Of a DNA stretch of 64,000 nt, positions 1 through 10,791 are shown piece after piece. The stretch comes from an uncultured Alphaproteobacteria bacterium. GTDB taxonomy: Bacteria > Pseudomonadota > Alphaproteobacteria > Rhizobiales > Rhodomicrobiaceae. Each line of letters opens with the position of its first letter. The stretch's first letter is position 1. The stretch lies in contig CAVYEY010000029.1 in the NCBI GenBank assembly GCA_963767435.1, positions 3,857-67,856 of the forward strand. The letters run 5' to 3'. The notes beneath the pieces were generated by a model. The model did not search any database and was not told the origin of the DNA. It was given only the letters and a program-made list of their open reading frames with translations. The position numbers and the translations under genes were made by a program.

Positions 1-331
1 GCACCTTCTTCTCGTAGAAGGTGTCCCTGAGGGCGCGGAGCTTGTAATAGGCAAGGCGCTCTTCGAAGTCCTTGCCGGAGCCCAACTGGGTCTTCGCAGC
101 CGCATCCGCAAAAAGATGTGCCTCGACGAGGTATTCAAGAAGGACGCGGCGGCGGGCCTCGACGGGGAGGCCCGCGATTTCCGCACCGACCTCGGCTTCC
201 GCAAACGCGATCTCGGCCTCCGTAACGTCATTGCCGTTCACGCGGGCAACGGGTCCGGCGGCATGAGCGAATTGCGTGCAAAGTGCAAGCGAAAGCGCAA
301 TCGCGCCACTGCATAAGGTTTTCAGACTCAC
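1..331 (-). CDS. Parvulin/PpiC-type peptidyl-prolyl isomerase (PrsA-like), N-terminal part, runs off the window edge
   Basis: Manual translation from GTG at 331 gives MSLKTLCSGAIALSLALCTQFAHAAGPVARVNGNDVTEAEIAFAE...RRRVLLEYLVEAHLFADAA. It has a signal peptide and the VARVNG motif of SurA/PrsA-like N-domains, and this family is usually divergent from secA in alphaproteobacteria. Not in the ORF track. Confidence 0.75.
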   Translation of the reverse strand, partial: MSLKTLCSGAIALSLALCTQFAHAAGPVARVNGNDVTEAEIAFAEAEVGAEIAGLPVEARRRVLLEYLVEAHLFADAAAKTQLGSGKDFEERLAYYKLRALRDTFYEKKV

Positions 332-537
332 GGCTGGAAACTCCTCGATGCTCGAAAACGGCCTAATCCAATGCCCCAGGAAGGAGCGAAATCGCATGGA
401 ATCCGCTTTTAGGACGGACCTTCTCTGTTGGGAAGAAGGATCTTGGGAATATTATGGCTTTTGAACTTAATGCGTGCGGGAGTTTGCGCCCTGTTCCGGG
501 GACAGGCTACCAGGACGTTTCGCGAGGCCACGCTTTG

Positions 538-1332
538 CTAGAACGGTATTTCCAGCTCCAGCCGCGTCCTCAAGGTGCCTTGTTCGGTTGCGGTTGTTGC
601 CCCGAAAAGGTAGCCCACTTCGTATTTGAGTTTTCCCCTGCCCAGTATCTCGCCCAGCCGGTAGCTTCCGGCAAACATGGGGCCCGCGCGGAATTGCTGC
701 TCGTTGAAGGGACCGGGATGGCTTAGATCGTCAATCTGACCGTAGGCTTCGATTCCGGGCTGGAATAGCGGGTCAAGCAGGTAGCGGGTCTGCCAGGCGT
801 ACAGGAAGGTGTCCGCGGTTCCTGCATTGGGGCCAACTTCCTTCTCCCAATAAAGATTAAGCGTGTGCAGCCATTTCATGTCCTGCTTCTGGAACAGGCC
901 GCCGATGGTGGCGCTGTCGGCGGCCGAACCGTGCGGCGCGGCGGAATATTCGGCGAAAATGGAAAAATCGAGCCAGTATTTGCCGGGTTCGGTGAGCATG
1001 AAATAGTTTTCGAAGGTGGTGGCGTCGAAGCTCCACTTGCCGGCGCTACCGCCCTCTGGGCTACTTGAGCGCAAGTTGTTGCCGGGCTCCTTGGAAAACT
1101 CGCCCTCCAGTTCGACGGACCAGAACGGAAGCACGGCCATGCCGATCTCGGTAGGCGAGCTTTGCCTGCCATTGTCTTGCCGGCGGCCGTCGAAGGTGGC
1201 GGAATAGTTGTGCTCGATCTCCACCTCGCCTTCGTCGATATCGGGATACCGGAGCTTGAATTCGGCGTTGGCTGCAAACGGCACGGTCATGACTGCCGCG
1301 AGCGCGACTCCCTTTGCTGCCCAGTAGCGCAT
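538..1332 (-). CDS. Putative outer-membrane beta-barrel protein linked to cupredoxin/Ftr-type metal uptake
   Basis: Signal peptide (ANA-E), alternating aromatic beta-strands, C-terminal Phe (LELEIPF); lies directly downstream of the cupredoxin gene. Confidence 0.6.
   Translation of the reverse strand: MRYWAAKGVALAAVMTVPFAANAEFKLRYPDIDEGEVEIEHNYSATFDGRRQDNGRQSSPTEIGMAVLPFWSVELEGEFSKEPGNNLRSSSPEGGSAGKWSFDATTFENYFMLTEPGKYWLDFSIFAEYSAAPHGSAADSATIGGLFQKQDMKWLHTLNLYWEKEVGPNAGTADTFLYAWQTRYLLDPLFQPGIEAYGQIDDLSHPGPFNEQQFRAGPMFAGSYRLGEILGRGKLKYEVGYLFGATTATEQGTLRTRLELEIPF
1042..1072. repeat. 31-bp hairpin repeat, copy 1, inserted in-frame in a CDS
   Basis: GGCGCTACCGCCCTCTGGGCTACTTGAGCGC, near-identical to 18555-18585 and 18594-18624. 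Confidence 0.85.
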
Positions 1333-1349
1333 TTGCTAATTCTCCAGTT

Positions 1350-1685
1350 CTATTTCGCTACGATCTGGCCGCGATTTTTCTCATCGTAATCGTCGAAGAA
1401 CGGATAGGTGCCGGGCGCCAGCGGACCAACGTAAATCTCGACGCTCGCACCGGGTCGCACAACCTTCTCGCGGTGCAGTTCCTCGCTCTCGAATTCCGCC
1501 ACCTCCGCTCCCTTGTTGGAAACGGCGAGCTTGATTTTCACGCCTGCTTTGACGGTCAAGGTGGCGGGCTCGAATTTCCCGTTCTGGATGGCCAGCGAGT
1601 AAGTTGTCTCTTGCGCACGCGCTGGGTGCCCCGCCAGCAGCGCCAAAGCGAAACCGGCCAGTAGTGTGCTCCACATTTTATGCAT
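1350..1685 (-). CDS. Periplasmic cupredoxin-domain protein (EfeO/FtrB-like)
   Basis: Signal peptide followed by FEPATLTVKAG...EFES..L.REKVV.PG...PL.PGTYPFFDDY, typical of Cupredoxin_1 iron-uptake proteins. Confidence 0.8.
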   Translation of the reverse strand: MHKMWSTLLAGFALALLAGHPARAQETTYSLAIQNGKFEPATLTVKAGVKIKLAVSNKGAEVAEFESEELHREKVVRPGASVEIYVGPLAPGTYPFFDDYDEKNRGQIVAK

Positions 1686-1812
1686 AATCGCCCCCATTGC
1701 ACCGCCCCGAGCGGCAATTGATGCACATATCGGGCAGATGCCGTTCATGTGCACGCTTTCGATAAATATACCTTGGGCTTTACTTGGTCAAAGGTTTTGA
1801 TTTTGAATAATA

Positions 1813-1829
1813 ATAAGAACGTTTCTAAA
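1813..1829. promoter_or_regulatory. Probable Irr-binding iron control element (ICE box)
   Basis: ATAAGAACGTTTCTAAA matches TTTAGAA-N3-TTCTAAA at 12 of 14 positions, in the divergent intergenic region upstream of the cupredoxin gene. Confidence 0.6.
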
Positions 1830-1988
1830 CTGGCCTCCGCCGGAAGATAACGAAGATTGCCTTGTTTCATTTGCCCGCCGCTGTACAGAACACTTCAAAC
1901 GTCCGTGCATCGGCATGAAAGCGCCGCCGCGCAGCCATGGGATGGTCATGAACGCCGGCGCTCATAGAAGTCCCTGTTGGAGGCTGTC

Positions 1989-3518
1989 ATGCGTATCCTG
2001 CTGATCAACGCAGCCCATCCTGCCATCGGCAGCCGGATTCCCAGCGATCACCTGCCGCCGCTAGGCCTTCTCGCCATCGGCGGGCCGCTGATCGACGCCG
2101 GGCACGATGTGCAGCTGATCGACGGCGACCGCGATGCTACTCCTGTGGCGGAAATCATCCGGGAAGCGGCGCGGCTGAAGCCGGATGCGGTGCTTTTCGG
2201 CCATTCCGGCTCGACCTCCGGCCATCCGGTCATTGCGCAAATCGCTCGCGGCGTGGCGGCGGCGCTGCCGGAGGCGCACATCATTTATGGCGGCGTGTAT
2301 CCCACCTACCACTGGTGCGAGATCCTCGAAGCGGAACCGTACGTCACCGCCATCGTGCGCGGCGAAGGGGAGGAGACCGCGTGCAGCCTGATTGCCGCGC
2401 TTGCCGGCGGGCACTTTCTTGGTACCGTGCCGGGGATTGCCTTTCGCGCAGGCGCCGGTCCGCGCTCAACCCCGCCCGCGGCGCCTATCCGCGACCTGGA
2501 TGCTTGCCGCATCGGCTGGGAGCTGATCGATCACACGCGTTACAGCTATTGGGGCGGCCTTCGCGCCGTCGTAGTGCAATTCTCACGCGGCTGCCCGCAT
2601 GTCTGCACCTATTGCGGACAGCGCGGTTTCTGGGGCCGCTGGCGGCACCGCGATCCGGTGCTGTTCGCCAGGGAAATCGCGCGACTCTACCGTGAGCACG
2701 GTGTCAAGGTGTTCAATTTCGCGGACGAAAACCCGCTCGCTTCCAAGAAGGCGTGGAAAGCCTTCCTCGAAGCGTTGATCGCGGAAAATATCGATCCGGT
2801 CCTGGTGGCGTCGGCGCGCGCGGGAGACATCGTGCGCGATGCGGACATTCTGCATCTTTATAAGAAAGCAGGTATTGCGCGCTTCCTGCTCGGCATCGAG
2901 AGCACCAGCGAGGCGACGCTTGCCAGCATCCGCAAGGGGGCCGCAGCCTCGACCGACCGCGAGGCCATCCGGCTCTTGCGCCGCCATGGCATCATTTCGC
3001 TCGCAACCTGGGCCGCAGGGTTCGAGGAAGAGACAGACGGCGACCATTGGCGCGGCTTGCGGCAGCTTCTGGAATACGACCCCGACCAGGTTCAACTGAT
3101 CTACGCCACGCCGCACCGCTGGACGCCGTTCGGCCGGCAAACAGCGGGGCGGCGCGTGATCCAGACGGACCTGCGCCTTTGGGACTACAAGCATCAAGTG
3201 CTTGCCAATCGCCACCTGCCGCCGTGGCGCGTACTGCTCTGGGTGAAGTTCACGGAGATGGTGCTGCAGTCCAGGCCCAGGGCTCTGTACCGCCTGCTGT
3301 TCCATCCAGACCGGGCCTTCAGGCACGGCATGCGCTGGTACACGCAAATCGGGCGCCGCGTGTGGTTCCATGAGATCTGGCGTTTCCTGCGAGGCGGCTC
3401 TGTGAAGGATGGACCAACTGTTGCGGAATTCCTGGGAGAAGCGCAGGATGAGGCCCAGGATGCGCTGACGGTGGCCTTGCCTGAGCGTCAAGCCTTGGGC
3501 GAAAATGTTTCGGCATAA
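1989..3518 (+). CDS. B12-binding radical SAM enzyme, BchE (anaerobic Mg-protoporphyrin IX monomethyl ester cyclase)-like
   Basis: N-terminal cobalamin-binding domain (PPLGLL), CxxxCxxC motif (RGCPHVCTYC), FADENP and WDYKHQVL; GGAGG RBS before ATG 1989. Confidence 0.8.
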   Translation: MRILLINAAHPAIGSRIPSDHLPPLGLLAIGGPLIDAGHDVQLIDGDRDATPVAEIIREAARLKPDAVLFGHSGSTSGHPVIAQIARGVAAALPEAHIIYGGVYPTYHWCEILEAEPYVTAIVRGEGEETACSLIAALAGGHFLGTVPGIAFRAGAGPRSTPPAAPIRDLDACRIGWELIDHTRYSYWGGLRAVVVQFSRGCPHVCTYCGQRGFWGRWRHRDPVLFAREIARLYREHGVKVFNFADENPLASKKAWKAFLEALIAENIDPVLVASARAGDIVRDADILHLYKKAGIARFLLGIESTSEATLASIRKGAAASTDREAIRLLRRHGIISLATWAAGFEEETDGDHWRGLRQLLEYDPDQVQLIYATPHRWTPFGRQTAGRRVIQTDLRLWDYKHQVLANRHLPPWRVLLWVKFTEMVLQSRPRALYRLLFHPDRAFRHGMRWYTQIGRRVWFHEIWRFLRGGSVKDGPTVAEFLGEAQDEAQDALTVALPERQALGENVSA

Positions 3519-3774
3519 ATGGGGCAGAACGCAATTATTCTGCCCAATATGCTGCCGGCAAGCCTTTTGGATTAACCTGGGGCGCGAGCCTCGCGTTGAC
3601 ACGGCAGACGCGTCTCATTATTTCTCCTTTCGTATGAGGAGAAGAACGCTTCCCTTCAGGTGATTTCGAAAAATAGTCCGCTTGAAAAGCCACCGCCGGC
3701 GCAAAAGGCGAATTGGCATGGGGCCCATTATTCATGGGCCGCGCTTTTAAGGCAGACAGTGAGGCTTGGCTATC

Positions 3775-6633
3775 ATGGTTTCTCTTGGCGCGATCGCAAC
3801 CAAGATTTTCGGCAGTTCGAATGACAGGCGCTTGAAAAGCTTCAACGCGAGGATCGCTCCGATCAACGCACTTGAGCCAGAATTCGAGGCGCTTTCCGAC
3901 GATGAGCTTCGGGCCAAGACGGCGGAGTTCCGCGAGCGGCTCGGCAACGGCGAAAGCCTCGACGATCTTTTGCCGGAGGCCTTCGCGACGGTGCGCGAGG
4001 CGGCCAAGCGAACGCTCGGCCAGCGGCATTTCGATATGCAGCTCGTGGGCGGCATGGTGCTGCACTCGGGCAAAATTTCCGAAATGAAGACGGGCGAGGG
4101 CAAAACGCTCGTCTCGACGCTTCCTTCCTACCTGAATGCACTCACCGGCCGCGGCGTGCACATCGTCACGGTGAACGACTACCTGGCCAAGCGCAACTCC
4201 GAATGGATGGGGCAGATCCACCGGTTCCTGGGGCTGACCGTCGGCTGCATTCTGCACGATCTGGACGACAGTCAGCGCCTGCAAGCCTATGGCTGCGACA
4301 TCACCTACGGGACGAACAACGAGTTCGGCTTCGATTATCTGCGCGATAATATGAAGTACTCCATCGAGGAGATGGTGCAGTTCGGCGGGCGGGCGGAAGA
4401 GCTGCAAGGGCACAATTTCGCGATCGTCGACGAGGTGGACTCGATCCTGATCGACGAGGCACGCACGCCGCTCATCATTTCGGGCGCTATCGAGGATAAG
4501 TCCGGCCTTTATCAAACCGTCGACAAGTTCATCCCGAGGCTCGGGCCGGAGCATTTCGAGCTGGACGAGAAGATGCGCACCTGCGTCTTCACGGACGACG
4601 GCAACGAGCTGATGGAGCAGATGCTGGAGGAAGCCGGGCTTCTGAAGCCGGAAACTTCGCTCTACGACGTCGAGAACGTGACGATGGTCCATCACGCCAA
4701 CTGTGCGCTTAAGGCGCACAAGCTCTTCCTGCGCGATAAAGACTACATCGTGAAGAACGGCCAGGTCGTCATCATCGACGAGTTCACCGGCCGCATGATG
4801 GAAGGCCGCCGTTATTCGGAAGGGCTGCACCAGGCGCTTGAGGCAAAGGAAGACGTGCAGGTCCAGCCCGAAAACCAGACGCTCGCCTCCATCACCTTCC
4901 AGAACTACTTCCGCCTCTACAGCAAGCTCGCGGGCATGACCGGCACAGCGCTGACCGAGGCGGCCGAGTTCCAGGACATCTACAAGCTCGAAACCCTGGA
5001 GATCCCGACACATCGCCCGATGGTCCGCATCGACGGCGACGACGAGGTCTACCGGACGGCGAAGGAGAAGTACAAGGCGATCATCGCCCTGATCCAGGAG
5101 TGCCACCAAAGGAACCAGCCCATCCTGGTCGGCACCACGTCCATCGAGAAATCCGAGACGCTGTCGGAGATGCTGAAGCCGCTCAAGGTCCCGCACAAGG
5201 TCTTGAACGCGCGCTATCACGAGCAGGAAGCGTTTATCGTCGCGCAAGCGGGCGTGCCGGGCGGGGTGACCATCGCCACCAACATGGCGGGCCGCGGCAC
5301 CGACATTCAGCTCGGCGGCAACGCGGCCATGAGGCTCACGGATTGGCTCGAAGCGCGCAGAGCGGCGGGCGAGGAGCCCACGGACGAGGAGATCGCGGCC
5401 GAGCGCGAGAAGATCAACGCCGATGTCGAGGAGAAAAAGCAGATCGCGCTGGCGGCTGGCGGGCTCTATGTGCTCGGCACGGAACGGCATGAAAGCCGGC
5501 GCATCGACAACCAGCTGCGCGGCCGCTCGGGCCGCCAGGGGGACCCTGGCGCCTCCAAATTCTACCTCTCGCTCGAAGACGACCTGATGCGCATCTTCGG
5601 GTCCGAGCGCATGGACTACATGCTCCGCAAGCTCGGCATCCAGGAAGACGAGGCCATCGCGCACCCCTGGATCAACCGGGCGCTCGAAAAAGCGCAGCAG
5701 AAGGTCGAGGCGCGCAACTTCGATACCCGCAAGAACCTGCTCAAGTTCGACGACGTGATGAACGATCAGCGCAAGGTGATCTTCGAGCAGCGCATCGACC
5801 TCATGCACGACGAAACGGTCCAGGAGACCGTGGAGGACATGCGCCGCGAGGTCGTGGAAGACATGGTCGCCACGTATATCCCGGAGAAGGCTTTCGCCGA
5901 GCAATGGGATACCGGGGGCCTGCACAAGGAATTTCTGGAAGTCTTCGACATGGACGTGCCCGTCGCCGGATGGGCCGCCGAGGAAGGCATTGCCGACGAG
6001 GAAATCCGCCAGCGTCTGCAAGGCAAGGCAGACGCGGCAGCCGCGCGCAAGGTCGCGGATGTCGGCCCGGCCAATATGCGCTACATCGAAAAGGCCGTGC
6101 TGCTGCAGTCGCTCGATTTCCTCTGGCGCGAGCACCTAGTGATGCTGGAGCATCTGCGGCAGGCGGTGAGCCTGCGCGGCTATGCGCAGCGCGATCCGCT
6201 CAACGAATATAAGAGCGAGTCGTTCGCGCTCTTTTCGCAGATGCTTTCGCGCCTGCGCCGCGACGTGATCGCCCAGCTCATGCATGTGACCTTGGCCCCG
6301 GCGGCGGACATACCGCAGGAACTCCAGGATTTCGGCGAATTGCCCGAGATGCAGGCCCATCATTTGGATGCCAGCACCGGCGAGGACGAATTCCTGGCGA
6401 ACCAGCCGTCCGCACAGTTGTCCAGGCAGGAACGCAGGGTCGCGGCCAAACAGGGCAATGGAGCACAGCCTCGCAAGCCAGTCCTGGCTGCGGCAAAGGG
6501 CCAGCGCAACGCGGCCAATCCGAACGACCCTTCGACCTGGGGGAAAGTCTCGCGCAACGCGCTCTGCCCCTGCGGCTCAGGCAAGAAGTTCAAGCATTGC
6601 CACGGCGCCATCGCTTCCGCTGCCGCGGAATAG
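3775..6633 (+). CDS. secA: Preprotein translocase ATPase SecA
   Basis: [58 protein letters not shown] and the C-terminal [14 protein letters not shown]. Confidence 0.99.
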   Translation: MVSLGAIATKIFGSSNDRRLKSFNARIAPINALEPEFEALSDDELRAKTAEFRERLGNGESLDDLLPEAFATVREAAKRTLGQRHFDMQLVGGMVLHSGKISEMKTGEGKTLVSTLPSYLNALTGRGVHIVTVNDYLAKRNSEWMGQIHRFLGLTVGCILHDLDDSQRLQAYGCDITYGTNNEFGFDYLRDNMKYSIEEMVQFGGRAEELQGHNFAIVDEVDSILIDEARTPLIISGAIEDKSGLYQTVDKFIPRLGPEHFELDEKMRTCVFTDDGNELMEQMLEEAGLLKPETSLYDVENVTMVHHANCALKAHKLFLRDKDYIVKNGQVVIIDEFTGRMMEGRRYSEGLHQALEAKEDVQVQPENQTLASITFQNYFRLYSKLAGMTGTALTEAAEFQDIYKLETLEIPTHRPMVRIDGDDEVYRTAKEKYKAIIALIQECHQRNQPILVGTTSIEKSETLSEMLKPLKVPHKVLNARYHEQEAFIVAQAGVPGGVTIATNMAGRGTDIQLGGNAAMRLTDWLEARRAAGEEPTDEEIAAEREKINADVEEKKQIALAAGGLYVLGTERHESRRIDNQLRGRSGRQGDPGASKFYLSLEDDLMRIFGSERMDYMLRKLGIQEDEAIAHPWINRALEKAQQKVEARNFDTRKNLLKFDDVMNDQRKVIFEQRIDLMHDETVQETVEDMRREVVEDMVATYIPEKAFAEQWDTGGLHKEFLEVFDMDVPVAGWAAEEGIADEEIRQRLQGKADAAAARKVADVGPANMRYIEKAVLLQSLDFLWREHLVMLEHLRQAVSLRGYAQRDPLNEYKSESFALFSQMLSRLRRDVIAQLMHVTLAPAADIPQELQDFGELPEMQAHHLDASTGEDEFLANQPSAQLSRQERRVAAKQGNGAQPRKPVLAAAKGQRNAANPNDPSTWGKVSRNALCPCGSGKKFKHCHGAIASAAAE

Positions 6634-6769
6634 CGGGCGCCGCTTGGCCCGGCAAAGCTGTACTTACGGCTCCGCGCACGCGGGACGCGAGCGAAATCAG
6701 CGCGCGGTTATGTTGCCGGCGCAGGCAAAAACCGCTACACCTTTGCCGGTTCACGTGATGGAGGGTAGC

Positions 6770-8119
6770 ATGAACGAGCAAGCGGTGGCCGGCCGGCAAT
6801 CTCCGCCGTCTTCATGGCCGGTGCAGACGGAAACGCCCACCGGTCTCGATGTTTCGCAGCCCCTCTCGTCGCTAGCTCCGGAAAAATATATTCCCGTCGA
6901 CCGCTCGACGGTCATCGACCGCGCGCTCAGCAAACTCTTCAATTCGAGGCAGCGTCCGCTCGCGGAACATGTCGTGCGCTATATGTGCGCATTGCGCCAA
7001 ACCGAAACTGCGCGGCAGCTCGACGAACTGGTATCGGCTTACGATCCCTTCAACCCGGACGACGAAACCGTCAATCTGACGGAAATTTCGGCGGCCGAAC
7101 GGAAGATTCAGCTTGAAGCGTTAAAGCAGCAGGTCATCGATCTCGTCGAAAGCGCAAACTACAACGAAATCAATCAAGCCGAGCTTGATAGAATTTTCAA
7201 GATGGAATCTCAAATCGGCTTTATCGCCGAGGTGGATCTTTCCGAATACGACTTCCATGTGCTTTACTACCGCGGCGCGGTCAAAGACAAAGTTTTGATG
7301 AAGTCGTGGAAGACGCTTTGGCTGTGGGGAAGACCCGTAGATGTCGATGCGTACCGGCGGCTTTTCATCGGCCTGAAGCTCAAGCCGTTCGAAACGCGGG
7401 TGGCCGAGCTCGTTCAAAAGGGCATGAAGAAGCGGAAGGCCCGCAAATACGTCAAGAGCATCCGCAGCAACCAGCTCCTGGAAGGCGTCTCGGAACAAAC
7501 GGTTCATTTCAAGATCTTCCGCCGCATCCCGCGCCATGAAGTGGATATCCTGTTTCCGAACGCTCGCATCAAGTTCACCCTGTTCGACCGGATTTGGCTG
7601 TGGGTCGGATCAGGCGGCAGCACTATTTTCGCGTTCGTCATGGCCGGTTTGAAATTCGTCGCCGCGGTCGCCATCAGTCTGGCGTTTGTGGCCATTACCA
7701 TCGCAGGCGCCCTCGGTGCGGTCATGCGGTCGGTCTCGAACTTCTTCAACACGCGCACGCGCTATATGGCCAAGCTCGCCCAGAGCCTTTACTTCCACAG
7801 CATCGCCAGCAATCAGAGTGTCCTAGGGCTTCTCGCCGACGACGCGGAAGAAGAGGACATGATGGAAGCGATCATCACCTATGCGGTGCTGCTGCGCCAT
7901 GGCCATCGTGGGCTCGACGGGGTGAAGGCCGAGGCGGAGCGGTTCCTGAAAGAAGAGTTCGACGTCACGGTCGCCTTCGATGTCGAGGACGGCTGCCAGC
8001 ATCTGCGCAAGCTGGGCCTGCTGGTCGAAGGCGAGAACCAACAATTGCACATCCGCGATCTCGAAGACGCGCGCGAGCATCTCGCCGCTGCTTGGCAGGC
8101 CGTGCCGCTGGCCAGGTAG
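6770..8119 (+). CDS. DUF3754/TMEM143-like membrane protein
   Basis: FKIFRRIPRHEVDILFPN, two hydrophobic helices, SLYFHSIASNQSVL and FDVEDG motifs; RBS before ATG 6770. Confidence 0.7.
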   Translation: MNEQAVAGRQSPPSSWPVQTETPTGLDVSQPLSSLAPEKYIPVDRSTVIDRALSKLFNSRQRPLAEHVVRYMCALRQTETARQLDELVSAYDPFNPDDETVNLTEISAAERKIQLEALKQQVIDLVESANYNEINQAELDRIFKMESQIGFIAEVDLSEYDFHVLYYRGAVKDKVLMKSWKTLWLWGRPVDVDAYRRLFIGLKLKPFETRVAELVQKGMKKRKARKYVKSIRSNQLLEGVSEQTVHFKIFRRIPRHEVDILFPNARIKFTLFDRIWLWVGSGGSTIFAFVMAGLKFVAAVAISLAFVAITIAGALGAVMRSVSNFFNTRTRYMAKLAQSLYFHSIASNQSVLGLLADDAEEEDMMEAIITYAVLLRHGHRGLDGVKAEAERFLKEEFDVTVAFDVEDGCQHLRKLGLLVEGENQQLHIRDLEDAREHLAAAWQAVPLAR

Positions 8120-8121
8120 TC

Positions 8122-8994
8122 ATGTCTCAGAAAACGGTCCTGGGCTTCGGCTCCGAAAACGAAGCCACGCAAGCTGCCGCGATCCTTGGCGAGATGCCCA
8201 GCTTCGATAGTTTCCCGCTGGTTGCGCTTGAGGAGGCCGGCGGCCGCTGGTTCCTCGAATGCTACGATAACGGGGAGCTGGAGGCGGGCGCGCTGACGGC
8301 GGCGCTTGCGGAGGCGGGCATGGTGGTGCAGTCGGAAGCTATCGCCGCCGTCCCGGATGCGGACTGGGTTTCGGAGACGCAAAAGGCGCTGCCGCCGGTG
8401 CGGGCGGGGCGCTTCGTTGTGCACGGCAGCCACGACCGCGCCCGCGCATTTTCGCAATGGGCCATCGAGATCGACGCGGGCCGGGCGTTCGGCACCGCCC
8501 ATCATGGCACGACGAAGGGGTGTTTGCTGGCCATCGGCGGGCTGCCTGCGGCCGTGAAGCCGCGCAGCATGCTCGACCTCGGCACGGGATCGGGCGTTCT
8601 CGCCATCGCAGCGGCCAAGACCTTCGTGCATCGCGTGACAGCAATTGCCGCCGACATCGATCCTATCGCAATCGAGGTTGCGCGGGAGAATTGCCGCAAG
8701 AACGGCGCGGCGGGAAGCGTCAGCCTCTATGTGGGCGATGGCCGCAAGCCTGCGGGGGCTTACGCGCAGGCGCCGTTCGATATCGTGGTGGCGAACATCC
8801 TGGCCCGGCCGCTGCTCAAGCTCGCCCCCCGCATGCGGGAGCTGACACGGCGCGGCGGGGTTCTCATCCTGTCGGGGCTGCTTTCCGGGCAGGCGCGCGA
8901 AATCCTGGCCCGTTACGGCGCGACCGGCTTCCGCCTGATCCAGCGCCGCGACCTCGAAGGCTGGGCCACGCTGACGCTGAGACGCGTGCTCTAA
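8122..8994 (+). CDS. prmA: Ribosomal protein L11 methyltransferase
   Basis: AFGTAHHGTTKGCL, LDLGTGSGVLAI, ANILARPL and LILSGLL motifs. Confidence 0.93.
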   Translation: MSQKTVLGFGSENEATQAAAILGEMPSFDSFPLVALEEAGGRWFLECYDNGELEAGALTAALAEAGMVVQSEAIAAVPDADWVSETQKALPPVRAGRFVVHGSHDRARAFSQWAIEIDAGRAFGTAHHGTTKGCLLAIGGLPAAVKPRSMLDLGTGSGVLAIAAAKTFVHRVTAIAADIDPIAIEVARENCRKNGAAGSVSLYVGDGRKPAGAYAQAPFDIVVANILARPLLKLAPRMRELTRRGGVLILSGLLSGQAREILARYGATGFRLIQRRDLEGWATLTLRRVL

Positions 8995-9100
8995 TCCTCG
9001 TCCAATACCTGCCGCCATAGGTTTCGACCTCTCTCGCGCCGCACCTGTCATCGCGCGGCTTCAGCCGCCGTGGCGATCCAGAATCGAGCCTCTTGGCGTC

Positions 9101-9128
9101 TGCACGGATTGCTCGTACAATACGTGCA
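9101..9128 (+). promoter_or_regulatory. TA operator and -10 element of a probably leaderless transcript
   Basis: Inverted repeat TGCACG...CGTGCA surrounds TACAAT (9116-9121), 6 nt before the ATG, with no Shine-Dalgarno sequence. Confidence 0.45.
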
Positions 9129-9397
9129 TGACAACACGTATCTCAGCCCGTGAATTCCACCGCTCCATTGGAGAAGTGAGCAAGCACGCGCGCCGCGAAC
9201 CCGTATTTATCACCAATCAGGGCGATGACGATCTAGTGCTCCTTTCGGCAGCCGAATATGCGCGGCTCCAGCGCTCCGAGCGCCGTGTGCACCTGACCTC
9301 GGAGTTCCCGGACGATCTGCTGGAACTCGTGAAGCAGTCCCAGATGGACCCGTCCCATGCCCATTTTGACGATGAGCTTGCGGGCTGGGTGCCGTGA
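9128..9397 (+). CDS. Phd/YefM family antitoxin
   Basis: ISAREF...AR REPVFITNQG...LVLLSAAEY is a Phd-type N-terminus; overlaps the next gene (GTGA). Confidence 0.85.
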   Translation: MTTRISAREFHRSIGEVSKHARREPVFITNQGDDDLVLLSAAEYARLQRSERRVHLTSEFPDDLLELVKQSQMDPSHAHFDDELAGWVP

Positions 9398-9834
9398 GCC
9401 TGCCAAAGCCGGAGCCTGGCCTGGTCATCCGCTACAGCTATCTTTGGCACGCGGAACACCGCGAGGGACGCGAGGAAGGCGTCAAGGACCGTCCGTGTGC
9501 CATAGTTCTCGCAATCGAAAATCAAGACCACGGCCAGCCCCGCGTGGTTGTTCTGCCGGTCACTCATACACCGCCCAAAGACCCTGCTTTGGCCATCGAG
9601 GTGCCGTCCGTCACCAAAAGCCGCCTTGGCCTCGATGCGGATCGCTCGTGGGTCGTCCTCAGCGAAAGCAACGAATTTTTCTGGCCTGGCCCCGATCTCC
9701 GGCGCAACAAGGGCAAGGGTGACAGTTCCGTCGCATACGGTCTATTGCCGCCCGCTTTTTATGCGGAGATAAAACGGCGCTTCGTTGCGCTCGCCGAGGC
9801 CAGCAAAAGCGTGACCGTGAAACGGACAGAGTAG
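9394..9834 (+). CDS. PemK/MazF-like toxin
   Basis: GREEGVKDRPCAIV...VVVLPVTH fits the PemK-like SH3 fold; translationally coupled to the antitoxin. Confidence 0.7.
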   Translation: MSLPKPEPGLVIRYSYLWHAEHREGREEGVKDRPCAIVLAIENQDHGQPRVVVLPVTHTPPKDPALAIEVPSVTKSRLGLDADRSWVVLSESNEFFWPGPDLRRNKGKGDSSVAYGLLPPAFYAEIKRRFVALAEASKSVTVKRTE

Positions 9835-10239
9835 GCCGGACCATCGCGGCGGTGAAGAACGCGTCTCCAACTAGAGGTCTTGCTGAAGTGAAAACTTCTG
9901 CCTAATCCGGTGCCCTCGGACCGGCTCGCTTGCCACCTCGAACCCGGCACCGGGCCGACTCCAGAAATTTACAAGCTTCCTCCGGATTAAGGTGCGAGAC
10001 AGCAACGGGCTCGAATTCAATTGCTCACGGATGATATCGGATGCTAAAATTTTCGAAAGGTACCGCCCCTTAGCAGGGAAAGAGCTTTTTGGGCTTCAGG
10101 GAAACAGCTTCAAACACCCCGGCTTGCTCTTTCGTGCCCGCCAGATCTGCTTGGTGGCCTGAACACCCTCATGTTGAAGGGGGCAAAAAATTAACGGCGC
10201 CTCCAGAGTAGTAAAATTGATCGCTAAGGAGTCATCATT

Positions 10240-10791
10240 ATGCGGCCAAGAATAAACTACAGGAATATCCTATGGTTTTCTCTGTATGTCTTCGTTGCTA
10301 TAGGCTTAATATTTGGTCTCGTTTTACTGCTATCATTAGCATCAAACATCCTGTCGATGACGTCCTGGCTTTTGTCTCTCTTGGTAGGTATCAATGCGAA
10401 AACTACGTATTACTTCGCCTTGCTTATAGTTGTAATTGGTCTAGTCGGTGTATGGGTTGGTATAAATATACCGCTCGACTGGCAATCACCCTTGAGTGTA
10501 GCTTCGTGGCTATTCTCATTTTTTGTCTTTGTTGTTGGAGGAATACTTGCCTCTGCAACACTATTTGAAATTGCATCCACTATTGTGTCTTGGATAACCG
10601 GGCAGGGCCTTTTCTATTGGCTAACTGGCATCGGTGGCGGCGAATACCGTCTTGAGCTGCTTGTGATAGTATTTGCAGTAGTAGTTGGGGGTGGCGCCTT
10701 CTTGGGAGGGCGACAGTTCTTGCGCGACGAGACAATGACGTTCTGGCACAAGGGTGCCCTTAAGCGGCGAGAGACAAACAAGGCCGAATAA
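10240..10791 (+). CDS. Hypothetical multi-pass membrane protein, AT-rich (foreign)
   Basis: About five hydrophobic segments, AAGGAG RBS, visibly AT-rich compared with the flanks. Confidence 0.6.
   Translation: MRPRINYRNILWFSLYVFVAIGLIFGLVLLLSLASNILSMTSWLLSLLVGINAKTTYYFALLIVVIGLVGVWVGINIPLDWQSPLSVASWLFSFFVFVVGGILASATLFEIASTIVSWITGQGLFYWLTGIGGGEYRLELLVIVFAVVVGGGAFLGGRQFLRDETMTFWHKGALKRRETNKAE

Noticed and set aside
1989-3518. Proof of anoxygenic photosynthesis from bchE
   Set aside because: It is an isolated BchE-like gene with no other bch, puf or crt genes in the window, and such paralogs occur outside photosynthesis clusters.
3535-6135. 866-aa minus-strand ORF and similar long antisense ORFs (39612-41786, 41829-44060, 44153-46879, 16904-19093, 19056-20777)
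   Set aside because: They are shadow ORFs opposite well-supported genes, expected in high-GC DNA, and show no recognisable motifs.
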